Part shown: one piece after another, positions 12,596-26,082 of the stretch | Position numbering within the stretch: the first letter of the stretch is position 1 | How the letters are laid out: each line of letters opens with the position of its first letter | Assembly (NCBI GenBank): GCA_964016885.1 | Contig: OZ024745.1 | Location: forward strand, 123,194,001 to 123,258,000 | From: Eledone cirrhosa | Taxonomy: Eukaryota | Reading direction: 5' to 3' | Length of the DNA stretch: 64,000 nucleotides | Notes under the pieces: model-generated | Told to the model about the DNA's origin: nothing | Database searches by the model: none | The model's input: the letters and a program-made list of their open reading frames with translations, nothing else | Made by a program: the position numbers and the translations under genes

Positions 12596-12988
12596 CGAGG
12601 GTAATCCCAAAAGGAAGGTCTCCAAAGCGATGGGGACGCAGAGAAACTGTTTGTACGGCTGTTGGCAACACTGTTGTGATTGGTGCTTCCTTCACTCCCA
12701 AACAAGCATGCACGCGCTTCGCTGGGATGCTCAATCTTGGCTTGGCAGCCGTTGAGAATGGAGCTCCCGTTGAACGCTACCTCCAAGTGCGAATTTCGCG
12801 CAGTTATTATATAGAGGGCAATCCCAAAAGTAAGGTCTCCTTCCGAGGAAAACATGCGTAAAGATCGGCGGATCACTCTGGATGCTCTCTGCATTTTGGT
12901 TCCTGAGGTTTCCCGAAGCACCATCCACAGGATTTTAACGGAAAAGTTGCGATATCGGAAGGAGACCTTACTTTTGGGATTGCCCTCG
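12596..12988 (+). mobile_element. Mariner-family deletion derivative with three TIR copies
   Basis: TA-CGAGGGTAATCCCAAAAGGAAGGTCTCC ... GGAGACCTTACTTTTGGGATTGCCCTCG-TA; internal TIR at about 12813-12840; transposase remnants MELPLNATSKCEFRAVI and MRKDRRITLDALCILVPEVSRSTIHRILTEKLRYRK. Confidence 0.85.
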
Positions 12989-13639
12989 TAAATATGGGTG
13001 TCTGTGATCTATATACACTGTTCATAGACACACACACATATATATATATATACACAACAACACTACCATCTCCCTCTCTCTCTCTTCCATTCTCCTTCTC
13101 TGTCTCCTCTCTCTCTATATATATCTCTCTTTCAATCTACTCTCTCACAGCCACTATCCCTCTGTGTTAATGAAGGTACCCGGAAAAACCCCATATCTCA
13201 GGAACCCATGCTCCGATTTACGCGAAACTTGTTTTATTCCATTTGTATTCCCATTTTAGGGTCAACTTCCTTTCAAAGTATTTTCCCATTATGCGCTCTT
13301 TTGTCTGTATTACATTACAGACAAAGCAAACCAGCAAGCAAGCAATCACAAGAGTTTTAGTAGTATATAGACAGATATGAATGCCGGCTTTTAACAGAGA
13401 AATTCAGTAGATAACCTTTTGAGCTCCCAGTATTTATCAACGCCAAGGATAATTCCATCAACTCCTAGCTGTCAGTATCAACCACCTACAGTTGGTATTG
13501 ACCACTTTAGGAAACCCCTTAATCAAGCTACTTTTTATTTGATTCTAGATCATAAATATGCTCAAGTCAATTTACATTTCTTGAAACACATTCTTATAGA
13601 ATGTAAACACACATCTATGTTTCTAATACAATTATCTAT

Positions 13640-14372
13640 TGTCATCATCAACTTCATCACCAGAGCTGCTGCTGCTGCTGCCACAATCACTATTGCCACC
13701 ATCATCATAGTCATCATTAGCACCATCATCAGTATAGTTATTACTACCACCATCACCACCATCACCACCACTGCCATCCCTACCATCACCACCAGTACTG
13801 CCACTGCCACCATCACCACCACCACCATCACCACCATCACCACCACTGCCACCATCACCACCATCACCACCATCACCACCACTGCCACCATCACCACCAT
13901 CACCCCCATCACTGCCACCATCACCACCATCACCACCACTGCCATCCCTACCATCACCACCAGTACTACCACTGCCACCATCACCACCACCACCACCACC
14001 ATCACCACCACTGCCACCATCACCACCATCACCCCCATCACTGCCACCATCACCACCATCACCACCACTGCCACCATCACCACCATCACCACCATCACCA
14101 CCACTGCCATCCCTACCATCACCACCACTGCCACCATCACCACCATCACCACCACTGCCATCCCTACCATCACCACCAGTACCACTACTACCATCACCAC
14201 CATCACCACCATCACCACCACTGCCATCCCCACCATCACCACCATCACCACCATCACCACCACTGCCATCCCCACCATCCCCACCATCCCCACCATCACC
14301 ACCACCACCACCACCATCACCACCACCACCATCCCCACCATCACCACCATCACCACCACTGCCATCACCACT
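13640..14372. repeat. (CACCAT/CAC/TGC) compound triplet repeat
   Basis: Direct reading; source of the spurious Thr/Ile and Val/Met ORFs. Confidence 0.95.
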
Positions 14373-15404
14373 ATGGCTGTTTTAATATCCATTTTTATTT
14401 AATTCAATTTTCAAGCTGGTTACCTCTGAATCAATTAGTCCAATATATATATGTGAATATTTCGATATGTTTGCTGTTGCTTCATGTATTAATACTTTCA
14501 TATATACAAAAGAAAGTAAATGTAATTGAATATTCTATCTGAAATGAGACTGGAATAAGACAATAGTTCCATATTGTTCTTAAAAGTAAACTAGAAATAC
14601 AATTTATAGTTTCAAATTTAGAATTATGTTAGTGGTATATGCTATACATATGTTTGTGTATGTGTTTGTGTATGTGTTTGTGTATGCATGGCTGCATGAA
14701 GTGACATCATTGTCTGGAAAAAGAAGTGTTGGTCTTGTTGCCATATTGGTATTTCTTATATTGCCATATTGGTATTTCTTTTCATCATCTTGAGAGCTCA
14801 TGGCAGTGATTTACTTTAACTAACCCTTTAGTATTTAAACTGGCCATACCCAGCCAGAATTCTCTCACCTCTTCCTGTTGAAACTGGCTGTAACCAGCCA
14901 TAACTGGCCACACATATTGTTCTCAAAATAAATAATATCAAAATCTCATATATTCAATATTATTGGAGATAATTATGTGAGATAAAGCCTTTACCATGAA
15001 AAAATTGTGGCTTGATAATGTCAGCCTATGGACGGACTTGATCTTTGCTCTTTAAACTCTGGTGTTGGTGATCGAACTTTGTGGAGAAAAATATCTCATG
15101 TTGATGCACAGTCTGCAACTGACAGAGTTTAGCATCAAAGTAGTAGTAAGTAGTAGTAGAGAGGTGTTACAAGGACCAAATATGCCAGGTGTTTCCATTG
15201 CTTTCTATGAATTTCAAAATCATTTTGAAAGTAATTAAGTAATTAACTTTTTCATTATTAAGCTAGCCAATAAGCCATTCTGACAGCCGAAGGGTTGAGA
15301 ATATCCCCACTACTGCCTGTGCAGTCATTTCTGGCACAATATTTAAAAACAAATAGTTTTTTTATTGTAGGATCAGGGGCAATTTCATGTATCAAAAAGT
15401 TTAA

Positions 15405-15625
15405 CCCTTTAGCATTTAAACTGGCCATATTTGGCCAGAATTCTCTCACCTCTTTCTGTTCAAACCGGCTGTAACTGGCCACTCATACTGCCACTAAGGT
15501 ATTGTTCTCAAAGTAAATAATATCAAAATCTCATAGATTCAACATTATGTGAGATAATTATGTGAGATAAAGCCTTTGCCAAGAAAATACAATAGTATAT
15601 ATAGAGTAATGTAAATGCTAAAGGG
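15405..15625 (+). mobile_element. piggyBac-type MITE, full length (reference copy)
   Basis: TTAA-CCCTTTAGCATTTA ... TAAATGCTAAAGGG-TTAA: 14-bp TIR and TTAA TSD; no ORF. Confidence 0.85.
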
Positions 15626-17140
15626 TTAAGAAGAAAGAGGAGGGTGGCAAAAAATGTGTTTATACTCAAGAGCAAGATGACTATCACTATGCGTGTATAT
15701 ATGTGTATGGGTCTATGTATTTATGTATGAGTAGGGTCCCATTTAATCCAATGTAGGGCCTTCTCACTCTCTAGTTGATCTCCACTACTTTCTGTGTAGT
15801 TTTAATTATGTCAGGGGTATAAACATATTCACTCCAGAGTTCTGTAGCTTTCTTGAAGCATTGTTTAATAGGAAGCACACATTTAAATACATATATCATA
15901 CATTTCACAGTGCACACATACAAAATTTAACATCTTTTCATTTCACTTAAATCTGCTCCCATACAAACAAGTCTATCCGATCGATTTTTAAGTCTCTTAT
16001 AGGGTTACTCCCTTGATAAAGGGTTTTTAAACCTGAAAATATTTGGGATCGTTAAATTTGCTCAGGTAAGATTCTTTTGTTATCTTGGCAATTTAACATT
16101 CTTCATACGCATTGTTTTGGTTTTCAAAATCTAAATTTTTGTTTCCTACTCACTCCACTTGGCCAATTGCAGGTTGGTGAGGCTATTTAACTCATAATTG
16201 GGGTGGATGGCCAGTGACTCTGAGAAGTTCATCTACCATTTTAACAGTTCTCGTTTTTTTGTGCTGCTGGGGTTCCACTTACCCTTCTCCCTAAACAAGG
16301 GTCTGGTGGGGGTGCGAGTTTAGTGACTGGCCCCTTGACTATGAAGCTGTTTGTATTGGGTTTCATGGTACCAGTAGCAGGCAGAAGCCTGACCTAACAT
16401 GAGTAGATTATGTGTATGTACATGCAAATATAGGTGTGTGTTTGTGTGTGTGTGTGTATGTGGGTGTGTGTGTGTGTGTGTGTAAAGGAAGGTGAAAGAA
16501 ACTAGGTGCATGTTAATTATTTGTTAAAAGAAAAATTACAATGGCAGTGCCCCAGCATGGCCTCAGCCTGTTTGCTGGAACATGTAATTGCGTAATAGAG
16601 TAATATACATACTGAAACACATTAAAATAATCATTGATGTTTGATGTTACATCGGTAATATAATGATAAATAGATGTATAAATAACTTTAAAAATGAATT
16701 TCTAATATTACCAAAATGCCACACAATCCTTGAATAAGGAGAGGAGAGCAGTTCGTATGAACCTTGACCTTTTCAGAGCTTTTGAGACATGTGGGTGGAA
16801 GGGAGGATGGTAACCTGAAACCAAAGACCTCGATAACATTTTTGTGACAAAATGACGGTGTTAAACTGGGCAACAGATTATATCAAGCCCTGCTCTGTGG
16901 GCCATGGCAGAATTTGAACTCAGAAGACAAAAAATTGGAACAAATATTGCAAGTCATCGACTCCAATGCTTTAATGATTCCATCAGTCTACGACCCTAGT
17001 ATGGTTCTTTATTTATCACCCTCCCCTCACCCTAACAGGATTGGAATTCAGAATGTAAGGAGCTGGAATAAATACCACAAGGCATTTTAATTAGCACTTT
17101 AACACTTTTACTGGCTCCCTACCTAAGCTCAGTACAGGGT

Positions 17141-17552
17141 AATAATTGTTTCTACTTTTGGCACAAGGCCAGCAATTATCCCAGTGCATTACTGGTACTT
17201 TATTTTATTGACCTCGTAAGGATGAAAGACAAAGCTAACCTCGGCAGGGTTTGAACTCAGATCATAAAGGGCCATAACTCTATGCTGCAAAGCATGGTGC
17301 CTGACGCTCTACTGATACTGCCAATCCACCAGGGTAATAAGGATTTTTACTATAGGCACAAGGCCAGTAATTTGGGCAGAGAAGAAAGTCGATTAAATCG
17401 ACCCCAGTACGTTACTGGTACTTTATTTCATTGACCCTGTAAGGATGAAAGGCAAAGTTAACCTCGGCAGGATTTGAACTCAGAACGTAAAGGGCCATAA
17501 CTATGCTGGAAAGCATGGCGTCTGACCCTCTACCGATATTGCCAATGCACCA
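17141..17552 (-). mobile_element. Two tandem tRNA-derived SINEs (Nin-domain-like)
   Basis: Two reverse-complement copies of the 19533-19720 family. Confidence 0.8.
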
Positions 17553-18721
17553 GAGTATTAATGACTTTTTAACTGCCACTCTAACACTTTTATTACTAAC
17601 TCCCTGCCTAAGCTCATTACAGGCTAATAATGACTTTTGTTATTGTTTTTAATAAATCAGACTATTTAAATGGAACAAATATAGTTCATGTCAGTAATAA
17701 ACTACTGATATAAAACTAATAAATAAACCTTCTGACTCAGATACCAAATAAGTAATATACTGCATCATTATTTAGCAGATGTATTTTCCTAGTTAAATTT
17801 CTCACCCTACAGCACAGTTTTCATCCAATGGAAGCAATGTTTATTCAACTAGTTAAGCCAGTTCTACATGTTTCATTTTTACAATAGGTTTACTTTTTTC
17901 TCTCCAACATGTCTGGGCTTTCTTTCTGTGTTTGTATGTATGTATGTATTTATGTATGTATGTATGCAAGCAGGGAAAAATGGACGTAAAATGATGATGA
18001 TGATGATGATACATGTATGCATGTGTATGTATATGCACGGGGGCATAGAAATAATCGGGCTGGATACCCAATCACGCGGTTAAGCCGCTGGGAGTGAAGG
18101 ACCCCTAGCCTTTGTCAGGGCATTCTTCTAGGAGAAGGCATCTCAGGAAACTGGGATAACTCCGATATAAAACCTGCGGCTCAGTAGTTACCGATTATGT
18201 TGATCTTTTCTTCTTTTGGGGTTATAGCTACTGTCACTCAGAGAGTGGGATTGGCTCAGTGCACAGTCTTTCCTCACTTTAAAAAAAATCTTCATGCACT
18301 GGCATTGCACGATAGAATTAATTAATAATTATTTAATAATGTTATATCGTGCAATGGCCATACTCGATAATTAGGGGGCAGCCATCATGTATGTGTGTGT
18401 ATGTATTGTAAGTGAAGCAGTTCATATTCTAAATTAGAGATCCTTAAAGTGGTCGATATTGACCCCCAGATGTCAATGGGACTAACCAGGGGTTTGTGAG
18501 ACTACTGAGGGGGCAATGGGATTACCCACCGGTCAATGGGACTATCTAGAGGGCAATTGAATATTGGGGCCAAAACCTGATATTTATATATAAATAGATA
18601 AAATAATTGTTTCTACATTTGGCAAAAGGCCCGCGATTTACAAGGAAGGAGAAAGTCGATTGAATTGACTCCATTACAGGTACTTTATTTTATAGACTCC
18701 AGTAGGATGAAAGGCAAAGTC

Positions 18722-18868
18722 TTACAGGATGGACTGGGCACTTTTTGTTGGGTCACCAACATGATCACTTTACAAGATGGACTGGATACTTTTTGTTGGG
18801 TCACCAACATGATCACCTTACAGGGTGGACTGGATACTTTTTGTTGTCACCAACACGATCACCTTACA
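18722..18868. repeat. 48-bp tandem repeat, about 3 copies
   Basis: Unit approximately TTACAGGATGGACTGGATACTTTTTGTTGGGTCACCAACATGATCACC. Confidence 0.9.
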
Positions 18869-19532
18869 GAGTGGACTAAGAATTCTTAATTAATGTTGCT
18901 TGAATGAATGGATGTAGTTCCAGGATGAGTATTAAAAAATCACTCCAAGGAGTAATAGACTGTCTTGAAAGATTCAGTTTTGTCCTTTTATGCTTTACTC
19001 CTTTAACATTTACATTATTCTATAAAGGTGGTGGATTGGTAGTATCTGTAGAGTGTCAGTTACAGCCCTTTATAGTCTAAGTTCAAATCCTGCCATGGTT
19101 AGCTTAGCCTTTCATCCTTACGGGGTCAATAAAATAAAGCCCCACTAATGCACTGAAGTAATTGCTGGCCTTGTGCCAAAAGTAGCTAAAATTACTCTAT
19201 ATTTACTATTGTATTTTTGTGGTAAAGGCTTTATCTTACACTAACAATGGTACACAGCATTACATGGGATAAGGTATTGTGAAATATATAACCACCTTAG
19301 CTAAGCTTAGTATTGCCACAAGCACGGCTGGCAAAGAAGTAAGGGTCTGGTGGTACGTAAGTAAGCAGCACTGTGGCTTAAAACGTGAAGAAGAAGTTGT
19401 GTGCACTTATCAACTGTTTGGGGAATGAGTGTGAGATTTGTCTTGAGCAAGGGTGGCAGAATAACCGGAGGCAGCAGACAGCCAGACATACAGACAGATA
19501 TTATAAGGGCGCGACATGTATGTATCTATCAT

Positions 19533-19720
19533 GGCGGTGGATTGGCAGTATCGGTAGAGGGTCGGACGCCATGCTTTCCAGCATAGTTACGTCCCTTTAC
19601 GATCTGAGTTCAAATCCCGCCGAGGTTCACTTTGCCTTTCATCCTTACGGGGTCGATAAAATAAAGTACCAGTAATGCACTGGGTAATTGCTGACCTTGT
19701 GCCAAAAGTAGAAACAGTTA
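19533..19720 (+). mobile_element. tRNA-derived SINE, full length (reference copy)
   Basis: A-box-like TGGCAGTATCGGTAG, B box GAGTTCAAATCCC, central GCCTTTCATCCTTACGGGGTCGATAAAATAAAGTACCAG resembling the Nin-DC domain; TSD ATGTATGTATCTATC on both sides; more than 15 copies in the window. Confidence 0.85.
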
Positions 19721-19759
19721 TATGTATGTATCTATCTAAAAAGAGAAAGACTAAGAATT

Positions 19760-19993
19760 ATAGAGAGAGATCGCTAAATCGCCTGATGCGGTCCCTAGGG
19801 CATTGAACTTTTGAAATTCTTTTTGCTCAGAACACTCCCTGAAACATAAGTATTACATGTGTAAAGTTTGAAAACAGTCGGTTGGGTGCTTCTTGGGTTT
19901 TAGGGATTCAAACTCACACACACACAGACAGACATCCTCAGTTTTATATATATAGACTAGCAGAAAACCACCCGTGGGGGGTTTTCTGCTAGT
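19760..19993 (-). mobile_element. Non-autonomous Helitron-like head-to-tail junction
   Basis: Minus strand reads hairpin-CTAG joined to TCTATATATATAAAA (3' end fused to 5' end). Confidence 0.5.
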
Positions 19994-20029
19994 ATATATA
20001 TTACACACACAGAAATGTATATATATTTC

Positions 20030-20070
<41 letters not shown>

Positions 20071-20761
20071 CACACACAGAAATGTATATATATTTCTGTG
20101 TGTATATATATATATTTCTGTGTGTGTGTATATATATATATATTACACACACACAGAAATGTATATACGTTTCTGTAGCACTCCTCAATTCCCCCCTCTC
20201 TCCCTCCCTCTAACCCCCTCTTGTAGTCTGTCTCTTTCTTTCACTCTCACTCTCTCTCTATGCGTGCGCAAAAAACGCGCGCACGTGTTTTAGCGTCTAT
20301 TCACTCTCTCTCTCTCTCTCTCTCTCCCTCTCTCCCTCCCGCCTATCCCCCTCTCGTAGTCTGTCTCTTTCTTTCACTCTCACTCTCTCCCACTACGCGT
20401 GCGCAAAAAACATTCGCACGCGCGCACGCGTTTCCACTGTCGGACAGACAGACAGAGAAATTGTTGTTTATATATTATAAGGAGATAATTATCTCACATA
20501 ATATCGAATCTATGAGATGTTGATGTTATTTATTTTGAGAACGATACTTTAACATAAGTATGAGTAGCTGGTTACAGCCAGTTTAAACAGAAAGATGTGA
20601 GGGAATCCTGGCCAGATACAGCTGGTTTAAATGCTCAAGGGTTAAGTTCAAATTCTGCTAGAGTCGATGTTGTGTCTCATTCTGTGGGGCTGATAAAATA
20701 TCAAGTACTGATAGTCAGGAGATGGTGAATTTAATTGACTGCACTCCTTCCTCAACAACTA

Positions 20762-20976
20762 TATATGTGTCTGTGAATGTGTGTGTGTGTGTCTATGTGT
20801 GTGTGTGTGTCTATATGTGTGTGTATGCATGATTGTGTGTGTGTGTCTATATGTGTGTGTGTGTCTATATGTGTGTGTATGATTGATTGTGTGTGTGTGT
20901 GTTTATGTGTGTGTGTGCATGTGTGGGTGTGCATGTTTGTGTGTATGTATGTGTGCATGTTTGTGTGTGTGTGCAC

Positions 20977-21012
<36 letters not shown>

Positions 21013-21533
21013 ATATGTGTGTGTGTCTATATGTGTGTGTGAATGCATGATTGTGTGTGTGTGTGTATGTGTGCATGCATGTGTGTGTACGCATGATTGT
21101 GTGTGTGTGTCTATGTGTGTGTGTGTGTGTGTCTATGTGTGTGTGTGTGTGTCTATGTGTGTATGTGTGTGGGTGTGTGTGTCTATGTGTGTATGCATGA
21201 TTGTGTGTGTATATGTGTGTGTGTGTGTGTAGCTATGTGTGTGTGTGTGTGCATGTGTGGGTGTGCATGTTTGTGTGTATGTATGTGTGTATGTCTGTGT
21301 GCATGTTTGTGTGTGTGTGTGCATGCTTGTGTGTGTGTGTGTATGTGTGTATGCATGTTTGTATGTATGTGTGTATGTGTGTGTGCATGCTTGTATGTGT
21401 GTGTGTATGTATGTGTGTGTGTGTGTATGTGTGTGTGTGTATGCATGCATATGTGTGTGTATGTGTGTGTATGTGTGTGAGTGTGTGTGTGTATGTGTGT
21501 GCGCATGTGTGTGTGTATGTGTGTGTATGCATG

Positions 21534-21591
<58 letters not shown>

Positions 21592-22075
21592 ATCTATTAT
21601 TCTACCTGTCAATCTTCCAAATCTAGTCATTCTTACACACACACACACACACACATACACACACACTTACTCTCTCATACACATACACACACCCACATAC
21701 ACACCCACACCCACATACACACACACTTACTCTCTCATACACACACACCCACCCACATACACACACTTATACATTTACGATCTCATCCACACACACAGAC
21801 ACACAAACAAGCACACATACATACACACACTTACCTTTCCATACACACACACTTACTAACACACTCTCATACACACACATACACACATGCTCACATACTT
21901 ATCCTCTCATACACACACATGCTTACACACACAAACACTCACTCTCATACACACACATACACACATGCTCACATATTTACCCTCTCATACACACACATGC
22001 TTACACACACAAACACTCACTCACTCTCATACACACACATACACACATGCTCACATATTTACCCTGACCCACACA
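20762..22075. repeat. Degenerate (GT)n block followed by degenerate (CA)n block
   Basis: Direct reading; polarity switches at about 21590-21635. Confidence 0.95.
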
Positions 22076-22148
22076 TCCATGGACCCTGCACTCCCGACAG
22101 TCTTGTAGAGCTGTCGTCATGATATACTCCAGGATGTGGCTGTTTTAA

Positions 22149-22982
22149 CCCTTTAGCATTTAAACCGGCTGTAACCAGCCAGAATTCTCTCACCACTTTC
22201 TGTTCAAACCGGACAAAACTGGCCACTCGTACTGACATTAAGGTATTATTCTCAAAATAAGTAATATCAAAATCTTGTAGATTCAATATTATGTGAGATA
22301 ATTATGTGAAGTAAGTGTTTACTGTGAAAATACAATAGTATATATAGAGTAATGTAGATGCTAAAGGGTTAAACTATGTTTTAACACAGCCAATCTCTTC
22401 AAGAGAGGAAAAGTGCCAAAGATAAAAGGATTAAACCTTTAGCATTTAAACCGGCCATATCCGGCCAGAATTCTCTCACCTCTTTCTGTTCAAACTGGCT
22501 GTAACCAGCCACACATATTGATGTTAAGGTATTGTTCTCAAAATAAATAATTGTTTCTACTTTTGGCACAAGGCCAGCAATTACACAGTGTATTACTGGT
22601 ACTTTATTTTATCGACCCCTTAAGGATGAAAGGCAAAGTTAACTTCGGCGGGATTTGCTAAATCTCATAGATTCAATATTATGTGAGATAATTATTTGAA
22701 GTAAAGCCTTTACCATGAAAATACAATAGTAAATATAGAGTAATATAGATGCTAATGGGTTAAACCATGTTTTAACCCTTTAGCATTTAAACCGGCCATA
22801 TCTGGCCAGAACTGTCTTACCTCTTTCTGTTGAAACTGGCCTTAACTGGCCACTTATATCTATATTAAGGTATTGTTCTCGAAATAAATAACATCAAATT
22901 CTCATAGATTCGATATTATGTGAGTTAAAGTGTTTACCATGAAAATACAATAGTAAATATAGAATAATGTAAATGCCTATGG
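22149..22982 (+). mobile_element. Three tandem piggyBac-type MITEs; the middle one interrupted by a SINE fragment
   Basis: Copies at 22149-22368, 22435-22759 (minus-strand SINE at about 22548-22657) and 22776-22982. Confidence 0.8.
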
Positions 22983-23228
22983 TTTAACACAGCCATTCTC
23001 TTCCGGAGAGAAAAAGTAAAAAAGAGAAAGTCGTGCCAAAGAGAAAAGGATTGAACCTTGTACTGGCCTAGGATAAAAGGCAAAGCTGACCTCAGCAGGA
23101 TTTGAACCCAGAGCACAGAGAGTCACAATGAATACCACAAATTATTCTATCCAATGCCCTAACACACTGCCACTTTACTGTTTTTCATATGCATATACAT
23201 ACTCTCCCATACACAGACACACACTCAC

Positions 23229-23415
23229 ACATTTACACTCTCATACACACATACACACACATACATATCATTTACACTCTCATACACACATACACACACA
23301 TACATATCATTTACACTCTCATACACACATACACACACATACATATCATTTACACTCTCATACACACATACACACACATACATATCATCTACACTCTCAT
23401 ACACACATACACACG
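23229..23415. repeat. 39-bp CA-rich minisatellite, about 5 copies
   Basis: Unit CATTTACACTCTCATACACACATACACACACATACATAT. Confidence 0.9.
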
Positions 23416-23940
23416 TATACATATACATAGATATTGATAGACAAACAGGCAGACATGCATATTAATCAATAGCCATATATTTCAGCAGTAATCAGTAAAC
23501 AGCTGCTTGGCTTGCTGACACAAATGCTTACTTTCAACATATGTTTTGTGTACACTATTATACTGAAATATTACTATGCCATATTTCTTTTATAGCAACC
23601 ACTGTTCATTAGTTTATATCATAGCTAATTTACATAGCTCCATTATTCTTCTTATTGTTACTCACTAGCTTTGCAAGATATAATATATTTCCCTCATTAT
23701 CTCGTCTTCTAGTAACCACTGTACAAAGAGATTGCAGGCTGGCAGAACTGCTAAAACATAAGATAGAAGGCTTTCTGGTATTCATTCCAGCTCTATGCTC
23801 TCTCTGTTAATCTTTGCCTTTTATCCTTTCAAGGTTGACAAATGAAATAGCAGTCCACTACTGGGGTCAATTCTCATTCATTTTCTTCATCTTTCTCTGG
23901 AAGAAATCACCTGGGGTGAGATGGGTTCTGCCAAGTTTAA

Positions 23941-24137
23941 CCCTTTAGCAATTAAACCGGCCGTATCTGGCCAGAATTCTCTCACCTCTTCCTGTTTAAA
24001 CCAGCCATAACTGGCCACTTATACTGATGTTAAGGTATTGTTCTCAAAATAAATAACATCAAAATCTCGTAGATTCCATATTATGTGAGATAAAGCCTTT
24101 ACCATGAAAATACAACAGTGATGTAAATGCTAAAGGG
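23941..24137 (+). mobile_element. piggyBac-type MITE
   Basis: TTAA-CCCTTTAGCA...TGCTAAAGGG-TTA. Confidence 0.8.
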
Positions 24138-24593
24138 TTACATGCCTAAGACCTACTGTGAGTCATGAGAGCAGCTCTACAAATCCACATTGCTGGCCTT
24201 GTGACTAAAATAGAAATAATTATTACTTTATTGAGAGTAAAGGATGGCAGAACCATTTCTGCACTGCATTGGGCAAGTTGCTTTGTACCATTTGTTCCAA
24301 GTCTTTTACATTCTGAATTTAAATCTCATCCAGGTTGATGTTGCCTTTCATCCTTAAAAAGTCAATGAAATAAAGTATCAGACAAGTACTGAGGTCAATT
24401 TAATTGGTTTTCCCCTCACTCCATATTGTTGACCTTGTGTCTTAATTAGAAACTATTATTACTTCTCCTTTGAGGGTGGTGGAATTGCTGAATAATTAGA
24501 GCTGTGTTTCTCAAACATTCTACAATTGTAGAACCATTGAAATAGTTTTCATGTCTCAGAGAACCAATGCATAAAAAATATTATATGTACCAT

Positions 24594-24777
24594 TTGGCAG
24601 TATCGGTAGAAGGTCGGACGCCATGCTTTGCAGCCTAGAGTTACGCCCCTTTATAGTCAGATTTCAAATCCTGCCGGGGTTAACTTTGCCTTTCATCCTT
24701 AGGGGTCGATAAAATAAAGTACCAGTAATGTACTGGAATAATTGCTGGCCTTGTGCCAAAAGTAGACACAATTATTA
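24594..24777 (+). mobile_element. tRNA-derived SINE (Nin-domain-like)
   Basis: Family copy. Confidence 0.8.
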
Positions 24778-24992
24778 TCTCTCTGTTTTTCTGTTTCTTG
24801 CAGAACACCTAGCATCCTTTTCCATTACCCTAGGGTTCCGGGGAACACCCGTTGAGTAGGGCTGCATTAGAGCAGCAGATTAAATGTTTCAAAGCAATTG
24901 TTCAAAGTTTTTACATTCTGAATTCAAATTCTGCTGAGGTCAGCATTTTTTTTTTTTTTTTCATTTTTTTGGTGTCAATAAAATAAAGTGTG

Positions 24993-25439
24993 TAGCTCGG
25001 AGATGAGAGAGTCACTCCAGGTAGAGTCACTACTTCTCTGAATTGAGAGATCACAGCTACGATACTATGGACATGTGGTTAGAATGTCTTAAGAAAGAAT
25101 CGCTGGACAGTCACTCCAGGTAGAGTCACAACTTCTCTGAATTGAGAGATCACAGCTACGATACTATGGACATGTGGTTAGAATGTCTCAGGAAAGAATC
25201 GCTGGACAGATTTTATGGGCAAAACCAACAGGTAGGAGACCCAGGGGTAGACCCTGAGCAAGATGGTTGGATAACATTTATGCACTTCTCTGGACCAGCC
25301 AGATCATTTGGGGACAGGTGCTTCTGACAGGACCTGCTGAAGGGAGCGTTTGAGGACTCTGCCCCCACGACCCTCTCAGGAATAAGTTGGCAAAGAAGAA
25401 GAAGAAGAAGAAGAAGAAGAAGAAGAAGAAGAAGAAGAA
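24993..25439 (+). mobile_element. RTE-like LINE 3' end with (GAA)n tail and an internal ~100-bp tandem duplication
   Basis: Translates LRIERSQLRYYGHVVRMSQERIAGQILWAKPTGRRPRGRP; 25010-25109 is repeated at 25110-25209. Confidence 0.8.
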
Positions 25440-25759
25440 TCAAGTAAATAAAGTAGCAGTCAAATAGAAGGGTTGGTTTGAGATCCTTTTCGCCTTATAT
25501 TGCTGGCCTTATGCCTAAATTACCTCCCATTAAGACTTGTCCTTTGATCATCATTAATTACATTTCATTCTAAACAATTATTGGTAACCTGAAGCCATAC
25601 AAAAGGAACCAATATAAAATATTCTTATTCAGCTGGCTGCTAAATGAAAGCAGAGTACAGGAAGTTTGTTGTGGCCAGTCTTTTAGTTGTGCCCAATAAT
25701 TCAAATTGGAGCCTACTGTGAAGAATATATTACTTTACCAATTTTAAACATATACATAC

Positions 25760-25826
<67 letters not shown>

Positions 25827-25940
25827 TATTTATATATACATATATATATATATATTTATATGTGTGTATATATATATAAATTGAAGTGAAAGCAACTGGT
25901 GCATGTGTTTCTTATTGGCAACATGACCCTCCCAAAGTAT

Positions 25941-25979
<39 letters not shown>

Positions 25980-26019
25980 TACAAATATTAATAAAATAGA
26001 TATTCTTTTGATCAATTAA

Positions 26020-26072
26020 ATTTTATTATACATATTTCAGAGGTACAACAGTACGTCCTCATCAGACAAAAT
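26020..26072 (-). ncRNA. Minimal type-I hammerhead ribozyme (family A relative)
   Basis: Minus strand: ATTTTGT-CTGATGA-GGACGTAC tgtt GTACCTCT-GAAA-TATGTA-TA^ATAAAAT. Confidence 0.7.
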
Positions 26073-26082
26073 ATAATGATAC

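Noticed and set aside
13419-14402. 327-aa Thr/Ile-rich mucin-like ORF
   Set aside because: Pure triplet-repeat translation, open on both strands, with no splice or domain evidence
20752-22122. Cys/Val and His/Thr ORFs
   Set aside because: Dinucleotide repeat artefacts; the same applies to all YIYI ORFs
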